A stretch of DNA of 64,000 nt from Eledone cirrhosa (GCA_964016885.1 OZ024743.1:185380001-185444000), one strand, 5' to 3'; numbered from the stretch's first letter, positions 22,691 through 36,889 are shown. The notes: a model not told the origin generated them from the sequence alone. Made by a program: numbers and translations.

Positions 22691-24353
22691 ACCATTTCCC
22701 TATTGCTGGTGCTATGGTAAAATACACTCAGTAAAATGCAGGATCATACATTGGGCCTCCAAGCCCACTTGAAGGTCAGTGGCTCTGCTTGAGTATTGAC
22801 ACATTCAACCCTTGCTCGAAGGGAAAACAGATGATGATGATGATGATTTATTTCATTTTTTCGTGTTTCATACATTTTTTATATGTGTATGAAACATGAT
22901 GCTTTTTTAGCTCTATCTGCTAGAAATGGTAGCCAAATCTTCTTATCACTGTACTAGCTTGAAAAAAAAAAAGGACACAATAAATAATGTATTCCTAGAG
23001 ACACTATGCCTGAAAAAATATAGGCTGGTGAACTTTGTAATGCCTTTGGTAAGACATCTCAATCAGCCTTGATTTGTGGCTAAACAACAACATGATGCCT
23101 TTTATATACAAACTTCTCAATAACGGTAATTCTTTGAATTCCTTACACCTATTAGAAGTCTTAATTTTTTTAGCTATTGCATGTATGATGTAGGGTAAAG
23201 CAATTAGATAAAGGAATGTAATTGCTTCTTGTTGTAAACTCTTGCTTTGTTTTTTAAAATGGCCTGCTATGAAATATATTTTGAACACTTGAAATGAAGA
23301 TACTTGCCATTTCATGTCAAATATATTAAAAATTCTGTACTCTACTGATGTGTTTATCTTTAAAACTCTTTTTATTTTTCCTTTTCAAAGAAGTCTGTTT
23401 TTTTTGCAGTTTTACATCCATTACCCCGTGCTAGTGCTGGTGAGATGGTTTTTGTTGGAGCACAACAAAATGGCTCTGGTAAGGTTTGAGCTGATGACTG
23501 TGATCAGAATTCCAGTAGCTTAACCACATAGCCATTGTACTTCATTCATACAGATAATGATCTGTTCTCATTTCATAAAATACTCATCAAGATATAGTTT
23601 TTCACACTAATAAATGAACTCCTTTGTATCTTGAGAAATTGCTATTGAACATGATCATCATCATCATCATCATCATCATGAACACTACTACCCCCCCCCC
23701 CCCACCACTAACAACAATATTATCATTATCATCAACCACAGCAACAGCAATGATATTTTAATTCCTTTATTTTGTTTTCTATGCTGGTCTATATTCATCA
23801 TCATCATCATTTAATTTCACTTTCCCTGCTAGCAAGAGTTGGATGGGTCTACATAGACTTAGTCAGTACTGAAGCAGGCTGCTGCCCACTCAGACAGGCT
23901 TGCATCCTACTTACGACCGGTCATATGTTCTATAGAACGCAGGGGAGAAGTTGTGTCAAAAGACACAAACTGAAGAGTCCTTCCAACTCCTTGTTTGGCA
24001 GCTTTATATGGCTGGATGCCTTTTCTATTATCAATCACTTTGCAGAATGTACTGTATTATTGGCATTAATTAAGCTGCAGACATCTTTTTGGTATCTGGT
24101 AAATACTTAATTGTGTTAGACATATGATGAACATGCTCAAGGAGAACTATATGACCAAATGTAGTAGGTTATAGGACAGTTAGAATATAAATAGACTGTT
24201 GTAAATCTCAACCCTCTCTTTCCCTGTTCCTTTACTTCTATTATATAAAATATGAGACAAACTACAAAGTGTGGAAGAACTGATCAAGTGAGTTAATGTA
24301 ACAATCATCATAATGTATGAAGTTATGATGTATTCTGATATAAGCTTTTTTTA

Positions 24354-25394
24354 CGGGGGTTGGTTGAAAAGTTCATAGGCTGACCAATATACTCTCATGG
24401 AATGTGACCAAATGAGGTTTATCTTTCAACATAGTCCCCCTTTGTAGTCAACACACTTGTTCCATTGGTGTTGCAGTGCTTGGATCCCATTGGTGAAGAA
24501 ACTTTCAATCTGTTGGTCAAAAAAGTCATCAACAGCAGATATGACGTTATCATCACTGCGATACTGGTTCCCAGCAAAGTGTTTTTTCATGTTGGGGAAT
24601 AGATGGTTGTCAGATGGGGCCAAATCAGGAGAATAGAGAGGGGGATTAACCAGTTCAAAGCTACAGCCACGCGCAGCAGCCATTGAGACCAAGGACTTGT
24701 GTGCTGGAGCATTGCCCTGATGAAACAAGACCCTTTTCGTATGTTTTCCTAGGCATTTGGTCTTGATAGCCTTTCGTATCTGCCTCAGCAAGTTGGCATA
24801 GTGCAGATGAAACAACCTTGGCCTTTGGAGCAGATGAGAAGGAGTTTTTCCACTGTATGAATTTTTTCTTTGTATCTGGCTGAAAGTGATGAACACAACA
24901 CTTATGCTGGGTTAGGAAACATTCAAGTAAACCAGCTGGATCTTCCTCAGATTTTCCTGTAATGTGATCAAACTGGTATGCTTTTGATCAGGTGTCAGAA
25001 GACATGACACCCACTAAGCAGAAATCTTTGTCATGCCAAGATCATTGTGCAGAATATTTTCAACTTTCTCCTGGGATATACTAATAGCATTGGCTATTTG
25101 ATTTATAGTCACTCCCCTGTCATCCATTACCATGTGGTGAACATGATCAATGTTTTCCTCAGTGGTGGCAGTTGCAGTATGTCCAGACCTTGGGTCATCT
25201 TCAAGTCTCTCCTTTCTCCTCCTAAATTCAGCTGCCCACTTTTGCACTTTTGATAAAGCTGGAGCATCATCCCCTAATGTAGCAAGCAACAATGCAGTTT
25301 TTAACAAGATGAGTTGAAATTAAAGCATGCAAGTTTTCACAGCTCTAGCATCACACCAGCATAGTCAGCCTATAAACTTTTCAGTTCACCCTCA
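24354..25394 (-). mobile_element. Mariner DNA transposon relic with TIRs and TA target duplication, internally deleted
   Basis: TIRs ta|cgggggttggttgaaaagttcataggctgac and gtcagcctataaacttttcagttcaccctca|ta. ORF remnants LEDDPRSG, WV..LLTPDQK, HQGNAPAH, YSPDLAPSD, W.KCV...G. Confidence 0.9.
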
Positions 25395-25639
25395 TATAAT
25401 TAGGTATGACTGTGTGCTTAGGAAGTGCACTTTGCAAGTATGAGAATTCAGGTTTGATTGCATTGTGCTACACCTTGGTCAACTGTTCCCTACTGTAGTC
25501 TCAGGTTGACTAAATCCTTTTGAAGGAAATTTGGTAGTTGGAAACTATCCTCTGAATTCTGTCAGGGAGACTAATTTTGTTTTGGAGAGATAAACTTAAT
25601 CTGTCAATCATTTTAGGACCGCCACTTGATCCTTGACTC

Positions 25640-25845
25640 TGTTGTACGTATTTGGGAAAGCTCTCCAGTTGGAATAATTTCCTCCTTTCCTCCTACCAGT
25701 CCTGGAGGTCTTGAAAATGATCATGATCACTGTCATTCTTTTCTGGCCACCAGTTGTGGTGGTCTTGAAAATGGTCATGAGCACTGCCATTCGTTACTGA
25801 CCACCAGTTTTGGAGGTCATGAAAAGGGTCATGAGCACTGCTGTT
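25640..25845. repeat. Short tandem repeat, ~54 bp x ~3
   Basis: accagt..ggaggtcttgaaaatg.tcatga.cactg recurs at ~25696, 25749 and 25803. Confidence 0.6.
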
Positions 25846-25974
25846 TTCTGACAAAGCCATTAAAAAAAGAAAGTCATAGCAATCTATTCTAAATTCTATT
25901 TTTTGTATTTACAAATCAAGCTTTTTACATAATTATTTAGTTTCAATCACTAATGTCATGTTTTTCTCTTGTAG

Positions 25975-26097
25975 AAAGTCAACTATTTTGGAAGGGCATT
26001 ATTGAACTTGGACTTGCTGATGAAATATTTCGAGAAATCAAAACTACTTTGGACAATCTAAAATATAATCTCATTCGAAATCAATGTCCACTTGAAG
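25975..26097 (+). CDS. GMEB: GMEB-like gene coding exon 3 (not in ORF track)
   Basis: ttgtag|AA...GAAG|gtcagt; translation ESQLFWKGIIELGLADEIFREIK resembles the GMEB FWKGIADVGL motif. 123 nt, phase 1-1. Confidence 0.9.
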
Positions 26098-26629
26098 GTC
26101 AGTTTCATTCTGTTTATTATTGATAATGCCGGTGCCATGAAAAATTCACTCGATACACCCTGTAAGGTGTTTGGTGATAGGAAGGGCATCCAGGTGTAGC
26201 ACCCCCCCCCCCCCCCCAAAGGGTTGGAAGGATAGTCCAGTTATGTCAAGGGCACGACAACCTCTCTGGTGTAAGTGGTCTACATGTTAAATGTACCCAA
26301 TACACTCTGTAAAGTGGTTAGTAATCAGAAGTGCATTCAGTTGTAGAAAATCTGCCAAACAAAGGGTCAAGAGGACTCTTTAGCTGTAACAAAGACATGA
26401 CAATCTCTTTATTGCTGGTGCTATGGTAAAATGCACCCAGTAGAGTGCAGGAATGTGTAAATAAGATGCATATCCCATGCTATGTCTGAGAAGTGATTAG
26501 CTCCTCTTGTAGCACTAACTTGTTTATCCGTTGTTAGCAGGGAAAATTGATGTTAAATTATAATGATAATACATATATAAATTATTTCATAAATAATCAT
26601 TCATTTTAGAAGATTTTCAATTAATCTGA

Positions 26630-27116
26630 CTCTACACTCTTTGATGATGTCTGATATAGGACAAAAGCCATGCAGTAATACAGAAGACCCGCCTTGCCTA
26701 TGTACAAAGCGAGACCTACAGTCAGTAGGCACCTCTCAACCAAATATACACCCCAATCCACTACCCCAACTCCATCCTCCCACCAACACCACCCTCTCTC
26801 AGTAAAGTTGGTACCACAACATCCAGTCCAAATAAATGTGATAATGAGATCGAGATTGTGTAGGTGTCATGACAAAAAAAACTCACAGTCCATGCTATAA
26901 TGTGGCCGTGTAGGTAACATGGTAAAAAGTTCCCAGTCCACACTGTAAATATGGTTGGTGTTAGGAAGGGCATCCAGCCATAGAAAACCTGCCAGATAGT
27001 CCTATATGAGCGAGACATGATCACCCGACCAACCTTGCCTCAAATTGGGACAACTCCTGTCTCACCCATGCTAGCGTGGAAGATGGACGTTAAACGATGG
27101 TGATGATGATGATGAT
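26630..27116 (+). mobile_element. RTE LINE 3' end plus SINE-like 3' module with (GAT)n tail
   Basis: catgcagtaatacagaagacccg matches the LINE ORF end at ~4580, then the GGAAGGGCATCCAGC core and tail. Confidence 0.7.
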
Positions 27117-27424
27117 AGTTATAACACAATTTGATAGTTATAATAGAAATAGTAATCTATAGTTTTAGATACCAGAGAAGTTGTGAGACTTGGAGTAGAG
27201 ATAAATATGAAGTATTGCAGTACTTAGCATAAAATACAGATCTAAAAACAAAAAAATCCAAAAATACACCAGAAGTTATGAGCATTAATCCTTTGGTAGT
27301 GAGTTTCACTGAGTAAATATATATATATATAATAGTAATATTAATGAGGGTAAATTTTACTCATTTACCAGGGGTATTTTAGCTCAATGCAATGATAGGA
27401 TCATGCAGAGCCAGTATATATATA

Positions 27425-28290
27425 TCATCATCACCATTTAACGTCCATTTTCCATGCTAGCATGGTTTAGACAAGTTATTCCATTGTGAGATGAGTCAGA
27501 TCAGATGACCATGTGTTTCTCATACAGGACTGTTTCTGGCTTGGTTTCTGTTTGGATGCCCTTCCTAATGCCAACCACATTTATAGTGTGGACTGGGTAC
27601 TTTTTATCGTGGCACCAAAACAACCAAGTTACAGTGTGGATTGGGTGTTTTTTGTCATGGGAAGTTGATAGCTTCTGTTACCTAAGTGATCTAATTAGTA
27701 GTGGAGAAGGCTTCTATGAAAGTATAGTAACTAAAATAAGAATAGAGTAGAAAAAGTTCATGGAGCTATTATCTGTTTGCAATGAAAGGATTCTCTCTCT
27801 GAGTGAATGGTAAATTGTATGATACTTTCATATATAGTGCTATGCTGCGTGGTAGTGAGACTGATTGTCAAGGATATATGAAGACTAGGAAGAAATGAAA
27901 TAGTATGCTCAGATGGATGTGTATTATTAATTTTCATGAACAACGAAGTATAGATGAGATGAAAGAAAAAGTAGATATAAGAGGATCAGATGTAACATAC
28001 AGGAGAGAAGATTGCATTGGCATGAACAGGTAATGCACATGGATGATGGTTGTTAGGTGAAGAAGTGCCAGGAGTTCCAAGTGGAAGGATGCCGTGGAAG
28101 AAGAAGACCAAAAAAGATGTGGGCAGAGGTCTTGAAAGCTGATCTAAGTAATTTGATCCTGATAATGGAGATAACAAAAAAAGAAACTTGTGGAGAAATG
28201 CTGTACTGGAAAAGGTTTGTTTAACCTATACAAGCATGGAAAAAAAGACAAAATGATGATGATAAACAGACATTGATGATGATGATGATG
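27425..28290. mobile_element. SINE-like module (-) joined to a degenerate RTE 3' fragment (+)
   Basis: 27425-27660 is the reversed module. 27661-28260 has VDSFCYL, an RLHWH-like stretch and a (GAT)n tail. Confidence 0.65.
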
Positions 28291-28647
28291 ATATCTGATA
28301 ATTTGCTGTTCTCCAGGTCTGTCCTGACTGAGCAGACTTCTGATCCATCCATGATGTTCCCATGTTTTTAGTGGTGTTGTGCACTATATTAGTCAATGTG
28401 TTCTTGTTTAAAAAGGCAAGATTTGATTTTAGGGAGATTTGGCTGCTATTTCTATAGCCGAGCTATCATATAGTGGAAACCGCAAAGGCTTGATATATTC
28501 AGTTATAAAGAGTTATATTTCAATAGTTTTTCATAAATTAAGCTAATACTAATTTTTTTAATACTCTGATACAAAGTCCAACTTATTGCTGCATACTGAC
28601 TTGAATTATGATAATAAAATTGTAATTTTCCATATTATCAATTTCAG

Positions 28648-28770
28648 AAGTACGGAAGGTTTCCAGAGTTGTCAGTGAACTAGGTTTGACATCAAAACTG
28701 AAGTACAGGTTAGCAGCTCACAAAACTGACATGGAAAGACAGAAAGATAAGCTTGATAAAGAAATGGAAG
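28648..28770 (+). CDS. GMEB: GMEB-like gene coding exon 4 (coiled-coil region)
   Basis: tttcag|AA...GAAG|gtaaag; translation EVRKVSRVVSELGLTSKLKYRLAAHKTDMERQKDKLDKEME. 123 nt, phase 1-1. Confidence 0.88.
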
Positions 28771-30325
28771 GTAAAGTTGTCAATAGTCATTCTTTATATT
28801 TTCTTTTGTATACTTGGTTTGTTGGCATGTGTTTGGTAAGTCTTCAGATTTGGAAGTTTAGGTATGTTGTGTGCCTAAATATTTCAGTTGAGCTATTATT
28901 ACTACTGATAAAAGAATGTTTTAGTCTCTAAACCTCATTTTTCTTTGAAATGTGTTTAACGAAAACAAAAGTGGAGAAGAAGAAAAGATAAAATGTATGT
29001 GTTCTTCAAATAGGTGGTGTGTGCAGATTCAGCTGCTTTTTAAGATTTTGTGACCCTATAGTATGGTGGTCAATTTGGCAGAGTTGTTTGATCGTTGGAT
29101 ATTTGTTTCAGGCTTCTGTAGTCTGGGTTCAAATCCCACCGAGGTCTACTTTGTCTTTCAGGGTTGATAAAATCCCAGCCCAATGCTGGTTCAACTTTCT
29201 CTCTTCCCAGCAGTCATATTCCAGATGTTCAACTGGATCAAAGGAGGGAGTTGAGAGGGTGTCCTTGTCTCCCTGGACACCTAAAACCCTTGGCAAAAGC
29301 ATGCTACAAAGTCATACTTGATTGCAAGTGACAACTATAGTTACTCCATGGTTTTAGTATCTGTTTAACTGTTTGTTATATGAAGATCAATTTGAAGTAT
29401 ATTTGTAATTTTAAATTATTTTACTTGCATGTAATTTCAAGCTTCAGCATCAAACTTCTCTTACATTTATTTTTGTTTTTGTTGCTTTTTTCAAATGCCT
29501 TTTCTAAGCTAACAGAGGTGATATGGGTTTCTTTCACACAATTGTTTTATAGTTGCCTATATTTTCTGCAGCTACTAAAATCCTTTTGTCAGTTGAGCTA
29601 ATTATAGAAAATAGTTTTATGTACTTTGTGTGGGTGTGTGTGTATATATGCATGTTAGCACTAGGGTTGCACCAATTAACTGGCCATTTTGTCAATTTGT
29701 ATTGCTTTTTTGCTATTGATAATCAGCTATTATTGTTTTGGACAAGAAAACTGGATAACAGAGAAATTTGGAAAACACTTTGGATTTAACAAGTAGAAAC
29801 GTTATTTCCTAGGACATACAAATTAATATACAGTGTAATATAACTCTGTTCCTATAATAATAATGAAAATTATTGTGTACAGTGCTTGAACACACTTATC
29901 TACATAACTGGAAGTTACTTGGGATTGCTCAGATGGCATTACTCTTTGTTAGTTAAAGGGTGTCAAAGTAGAAGAGAGAACCTTCAACTCACACAAGAGG
30001 ATATCTTTAATTGATGTTTTAAAAAGGAATTCATTGAAAAATTATAAAGATTCTGATTACATGTTTATTTAAAGGTATTCAAAAATTGTCCAGTAAAACA
30101 AAAATGATCCCTGTTATCGTAACTAACTAAAAACATAAAATTTAACGATCAAATTACATAAATTATAATGTAAAAACTTCAAAATTTTTCCATTCTCAGA
30201 GTATAGCCGATTTCTTGCAGGCTCTTGTATGTTACCTTCTATCGTAAAATCAGCCTAATTTGTTCATCATATGTTCTCAAATAGTAGCTTCATAACTGTG
30301 ACTAATTATGAATTTTTATAATATA

Positions 30326-31193
30326 CTAGCAGTAAAGCCCGGCGTTGCTCGGGGTCGCTCAGTAGCTGTGTTAAAGTTACAATGTTAAGTTTCTTTCTTG
30401 GCTTAAAAACTGTAGTGTCTACTGTGCAGACTTGCATGTGGTGTTTTTGATTAATATTCCCTCAACCAACAATATGCCTTATGAAGTTAAGAAAACATAA
30501 CGATAACCCGAATGTTATAACAAGAGGATGCTGGGGATAGAAACTGCACTGGTTATTTATTAACAAAGATCGAAAATGTAAACACTGCAACGCAGAGAAA
30601 AACATCAGCGTAACCAAATTATCAGTTATGTCTGTCTGCACGCCTATATCACCTCTCTGCACGACTGTCTGTCTGCACGCCTATATCACCTCTCTGCACG
30701 ACTGTCTGTCTGCACGCGTATATCACCTCTCTGCACGACTGTCTGTCTGCACGACTGTCTGTCTGCACGCCTAACGACGAAATATTTGCTTGTTTTACGT
30801 AGTTTTTAAATAGACTTGTTTTCAAGTAAAAATATTGTTTTAAAATGCTTTTAAATGGAAATGAAGCAAAACGGAAGCTTAGTGTTCGAACTGATGAATT
30901 TTGCAGGTCTGTCATTTTAAACGCTGAGAAAGCCAGCGTAATTTTTTACGTAAGACGCTCAATGTAAACAGAACAAAGGGAAATAACTGATAACTTACGC
31001 TAAAAAATCGATACATTATATTCGATTTCGTCACATAGGGTGGGTCAATTTGAAATTTTTTTTTTCCGATGTCTTCGCTAGGGCTCAATGTACAAGTATA
31101 GCAATTTCGGTGCAATTCCGTGAGAGATTCTAAGAGGAGATGTGTGCCAAAAATCGATAGACAGACAGACAACCACAGTTTTATATATATAGA
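30326..31193 (-). mobile_element. Non-autonomous Helitron with internal 37-bp minisatellite
   Basis: - strand: A|TCTATATATATAAAA ... cccgagcaacgccggg hairpin, CTAG|T. Tandem tgtctgtctgcacgcctatatcacctctctgcacgac at 30630-30770. Confidence 0.85.
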
Positions 31194-31617
31194 TTGCTTA
31201 CAATTAATTATAGTATGCATTTTCATATCACAATACATAATTTCATTATAGATAATCGATGGCCGATTAATCAGCATTGGCCAATAAGTCAATGTTGATT
31301 AATTGGTATTCAGCTAATTTGCTTATTGGTACATCCCTAGTTGACAGCACAATCTTGAATTTATTATGATCATGTGATTTCTTTTTCAACACTTTCATTA
31401 TGTAGTTATTGGGAGTCAATTTGTTTTTGTCATTTAGAGAAGAAAACAGTAAAGAAAATCAAATTGAGGCTTTGCTTAGGATTAAAGAAAATTCCCAGTT
31501 TATCAGGTATCAGTAAAGTCTGACATAAAAGATATAGAACTAGCATAGTTCAGTATTAAAAAAAAAAATATTACTAATTTTCCAATTTAGTGAAATTCAT
31601 TTTATATAAAGACAGAA

Positions 31618-32242
31618 TCTCTCTATATAAAACTGAGTATGTGTGTGTGTGTGAATCCCCAAAACTGGAGAAGTATCCAACCGATTTTTTTCAAACTTTA
31701 CATGTGTATTACTTATATTTCAGGGAGTGTTATGCACATAAAATTTAACTTTTTGATCCTCTAGGGCCCGCATTAGGTGAAAAACTGCATAATTTTTCAG
31801 CTTTTTAGGGGTTTTTTGAGGCGTTACGTCTGACCGATTTCCTTGAAATTGTAACTATGTATTAGTCGGTCTCTTCTTCATACCGTGAGCAAAGAAAATC
31901 TAACTTTTTTATGGCCTAGGGCCTGCATTAGATGAAAGATTTCATTTTTTCAGCTTTTTAGGGCTTTTTTGAGGTGTTACGTCTAGCTGATTTTCCTGAA
32001 GTTTCAAGGCATATTATGCACATAAAAAAATTCATTTTCTTGATCCCTAGGGCCCGCATTAGGTGAAAACCTGCATTTTTCCTGCTTCATCGAGGAAAAT
32101 CTTAAAGATTATCCAGCCATCAGAGTATTCGGATTATTTTCTTTACATATTGTCCAGGCATGCAGTTTTTCCACGATTAGGTCTGTTGGTGGCCCGCGTT
32201 CCAAAATACCTTATCCCGTGCAACGCCGGGTACCACTGCTAG
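31618..32242 (+). mobile_element. Non-autonomous Helitron
   Basis: A|TCTCTCTATATAAAA ... cccgtgcaacgccggg hairpin, CTAG|T. Internal ~150-bp duplications (ctagggcccgcattag x3). Confidence 0.85.
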
Positions 32243-32805
32243 TATATTATAAATGGATAGATAATTGCATGGTAGAAAAATTGAGGAGCATTGCAGCTAA
32301 TTGAGACAAAACTGATGGAATTAGAGCCATGTATTTATTCCTTGCTGGTGGGGTTGACTCATGGGGATCACAAATATAATAGTGCCTAGTTCAGCAGCAC
32401 ACTGAAATTCTTCTATGTTTATTACAGAAATGATACCAGGTAAAACATACATTAAATGCAGATCTATCTATCTATATATCTGTCTGTCTGTCTAAGGGGG
32501 TTCCAAATTTCTCTCAAGACTAACATGATAGAAGATATATGCTTAAAGTGTCATGCAATAAGATCGAACCTAGAACTATGTGATTGTGAAATGAGCTTAA
32601 TCACACAGCCATGTTTGCACCCATTTGGAACGAAAAAATTCCTGTTGCTTTTATTTGTTACTTCAGGGTGTGTACATCAAATATAGCCTTATTTGTTTCT
32701 TAATGTGTAGCTGAATCACTAGATAATTATGTAAATGTACTTAGAGAGATATTGTTATACATACTTTATTCATATGAATTTTGTTTTTCTTTTTTTTTTT
32801 GTTAG

Positions 32806-33161
32806 AACTTCGACGGCGAGTTGCAGAAGCTGAACACAAGAAGGAATTACTAAAAAGGAAATCTCAGTGCTTTGACCATTTATTGGAAATTAGTAAATCG
32901 AAACGTCAAAGCCTTCTAGCTGACAGTAGTAGTTTGTATTTGCATTCTACATCTCCTAGTCCCGACAGCAGTCAGCTAACTGACCATGAAAGCATGAACA
33001 CTGTTCATGTAAAAAATCTATGTGCATCATCATCTTCATCTTTGAACTCATCAGGACATTTTACAATGTATCCTGCAATTATAGATGGAAACACTAACAA
33101 CAAATCTATTAGTAGGACTCGGAGCCCGGTTAGTGTAGAAGAGGCTCGTTCAACCTCTTAA
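32806..33161 (+). CDS. GMEB: GMEB-like gene terminal coding exon 5
   Basis: Polypyrimidine tract and ttag|AA; translation ELRRRVAEAEHKKELLKRK...STS*, in phase with exon 4. An AT-rich 3' UTR with several AATAAA follows. Confidence 0.88.
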
Positions 33162-34519
33162 GTTTTATTGGGAAATTATCTTCACAACAGCTTATTTTCT
33201 ATGCGAAGCATTCCCGGGTTGTATTCTTATGTAAATATATATTTTTTAAAGCTTCTTCAAAGTTGCTGATTATTGCAGCAGAAAAAAAAAAATTTATTAG
33301 CACATGGAAGGTGATTTATGTGGTGTAAAAAGGCAGCAACTTGAAAAATGACTAAAAAATAAAACAAATGAAATTCAAATTTGCAAAATCATCTCAAATA
33401 TTGCATATTGATATTTTGGAGGTGTGTCTCCTAGTTGTTTCTAATTTATTGCAGAAGCTGCATTGATTTTGTTTACAGTTGTGGTTGTTCATCAAATGTG
33501 ATGTTCAAGAAAGAGAAAATGCTAAAAACAGCTTACAATACAAGCACCAATACAAGTGTTGTTTCACTGCTTTTGGTATCCACTTTGTAGATTTCCTTTA
33601 TCCAAGATCCCTATTTCATTCATAAATTAGACATGTATTTTTCTATGTTCAAGCTCTCTACTTGATTCATAAATTAGGTTATTTTTGTATTTGTCTCCAA
33701 AAGAAAGAAAAAAATAAGAAAAAATAAAGACAACAAATTTTTCCAGTTGAATCAAAATAAATTAGAACTTTTATTAGAAATTTAAATTTTTATACTATAA
33801 AAAAATTATTTTCAATGTTTTATAAGTATTTACATTAGTTATTTTGAAATCTATGGTATATGTGACAAAATGATCAAAAACAGTGATTTGAAATAAACTA
33901 AATCTATTAAAATTTTCTGTCTAATTGAGCATGAAGTGGGATTATGAGATTAATAAATTGGAGTTTTTAAGTTGATGTGGTTTGAGAATCTTTATTTTTA
34001 TGAGCCAATTCAATTAACAATTTAAGGTGATAAAGGAAACAAATTTATTTCATCATCATCACCACCATTTAATGTCTATTTTCCATGCTTATATAGGTTA
34101 GATGGCTTGTCATGTTCTGAAGCTAGAAGTTCCATTTCTAGCATGGCTTTCACATTGGATGTTCTTCTTAAGTGTATTTAATTCATATTAAGTTATTAGA
34201 TAATTGAGTTACAACTTGCTGATCAATTCACCCAATGCATCAATGAGGATGATGAAGGGATATTTTCTTGGTGTTCTGTGCTTGTTGATAAAGATTAACC
34301 CTTTTGATACCAAACCACCTGAAACTGACTCTGGTTTAATGATATAAAACTATTTATATTAAAGTGTTTAAAAAAACTTTCCATCATAATTTTGTGTAAG
34401 AACCTTTGCTAAATTATGTTCCAAACACCAGCTAAATAATTAGAAAATTAGTTTTATTACTAAGTCCCTCCTAAATCTTGATGTGGTGTCTACGCATATG
34501 TAAATTCCACTTTTAGTGT

Positions 34520-35580
34520 TACCCACCTTTCTCACTTGGATATTAGTAACAGAGGCTTCCAGTTACTTTGACTCAGTTTCCCTCTCTCACTCCTCCAAAT
34601 ATATCTGCCTTTGACACCCTTTGAACTCTTCCAACCAGCAACATCTCTTCTTTCATATCTGTTCTTGCATTGAAGATCTTTATCTCTAATCACTCCTTGC
34701 TGAAATCATTCTCTCTGGCGATTTCAGCATATACAGCTCTTCTTGACATTCACATTCATCCCATATTGATACTGCTGAAACCAATTTTTTGCAATCCTTC
34801 ACTCTTTATGTCAATTTGTCTTACCACTTAATTGTATTTCCAAACACCCATGATCTCTTTTTTATCACCAAACCCATCCCCTATTAAACCATTACAATCT
34901 CTGTACCTATAAGGTAATCTAACCACATTTTTTGGCCACAACCCACCAAATGCAATACAATGCCTTTTCCCAGTGGACTCTATAGAACTCCTAATGAGAT
35001 GACTAGTTTGAGCTTCACCAGCACTATGCTATTCCTGGCAGCACATACTTCATCCCTGAACTACCAGGGACTGAAACAGGGTGACAGAAACCAATCTCTT
35101 AAGCATATTGGATTACCACAGAAGTTGAAGCAAAGAACTCTGTCTACAATGCTTGGAGAAAATCACCTACACACTGGATGCAGTTTTTTTTTTTACTGAG
35201 CACTGCAACTCATATGAGACCATCAGCGATACCATAAAGGATGTCTTCATGCATTGTATAACCTGTAATCCCACTCACCTCCAAACTCCAGGCAATAATT
35301 TAGATACCTTACCAAAAGGATATCTGAAGTTTACAGAATCCTCCTTTTCTCCTCTTCTCAACCATTGATGTGTAAGCAGTACTCCCAAGGAGAAACCCTC
35401 CACTTTTGTTGCTCATTTTGCACCACACTGGACACTTTAAGTAAATATCTTTCAAAACTTCTTTTCTATTCCACCAGGTTCATCAGCATTTACACATACA
35501 TGTTAAATACAAAAATCTGGTTGCTTCAAACCAACATCACCAGTCTTGACAATGTTCTTTCTACTACTTTCAAATAATCT
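34520..35580 (+). mobile_element. Very degenerate non-LTR retrotransposon remnant (APE-like)
   Basis: gaaatcattctctctggcgatttcagcata reads EIILSGDFSI, a GDFN-like motif. Pyrimidine/CA-biased composition. Confidence 0.35.
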
Positions 35581-35584
35581 TCTC

Positions 35585-36830
35585 CACAATTAATCTCTCT
35601 CCTCACCAAAGCACACTTGTCTCCTAGCTTCCCTCCTGGCTACTTGATAGTCTTCTCTACTTCCCCCATCCTGCCATACTTTCCAAGCCTGCTTTTTGGC
35701 CTTGATTGACTCCTCCACCTTACTGTTCCACCACCACGTTACTCTCCTGCCTATAGGTCTGCTCCAGCCACAGATTTCATCTGTCGCCTTCAGCAGGTTA
35801 ATTTTCAGGAATTCCCACTGTTCCTCTATATTGTACAACTCTAATTGCTCTTCCTTACTGTCAAAAGCATCAAGTAATATGCTTTTAAATTTATTACTGG
35901 CTGTGGGGTCCTTTAACTCCCATATTTTTCTCCTGAGGATAGTCCTCCTTTGTTGTTGAGTACGTCTTGTCCTGACTATGAGGTCGCTAACTATGAGTTT
36001 ATGTTGGGATGTGCATTCTTCATGGGGGAGGGATTTAGTGTTTACAACAGACACTCTGTCACGTCTTCTGGTAAGGATATAATCTATCTGACTGGTGTGT
36101 TCCCCTGATCTGTAGGTGATCAAGTGATTGTCTCGTTTTTTGAAGTTAGTGTTACAGATAGGTTATTTGCGTCACAGAATTCCAGGATTCTGGAGCCTTC
36201 CTCATTTCTAGTACCAAACCCATAGCCTCCATGGATTCCGTCATAGCCGTCACAATGTTGTCTAACGTGACCATTTAGGTCACCAGCAATAATTATGTAG
36301 TCACTGTCGGTTATTTGGGAGGTAGTGAGCATTAATGACTCATAGAATCTGTCTTTTAAAATGCCAGGTAGTCCGGATTGGGGTGCGTACGCAGCTATTA
36401 TTGTCACAGTAGTTCTATTGAGGACAAGTCTTATTTTAATTATTCTGTCGTTCACTCTATTTATGTCTATTATCTTATCTGCCCATTTTTCTGCTAGTAT
36501 GATTCCTACTCCACCCACCCCATTGTCATTTCCCACCCAGAAAAGCTTATAGCATCGTTTTTTACCCACAATGAATCTAGCAGACCCACCCCTCCACCTG
36601 GTCTCTTGGATACAGCAAACATCAACCTCCTTACATTCAAGAATTTCTACAACCTCATTAGAGTGACCTTTTAAGGTGCCTACATTCATGGTACCAACTC
36701 TGAAGTTTTGGATTGCGTATAGTGGGTGGGAACGGTGGGGCGCAGGGAGGGGTGAGGGAGATGGGGTTATGTTGGCCATCCGCGGCCGAAATAAAGAGGA
36801 GGAGTCCTTGCATTCTCGTCTGGCAGCATG
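35585..36830 (-). pseudogene. RTE LINE 5' part: APE endonuclease domain, frameshifted, 3'-truncated
   Basis: TMNVGTL, CIQETRW, GVGIIL, AYAPQ, GDLNGHV, QIDYIL, SQHKL and WWWN motifs. Confidence 0.9.
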
Positions 36831-36854
36831 AGGTGAATTTATCTTTATAGGGTG

Positions 36855-36889
<35 letters not shown>

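Noticed and set aside
24426-25307. SETMAR-like domesticated transposase exon of the host gene
   Set aside because: Antisense to the gene, contains stops and a deletion, and retains TIRs.
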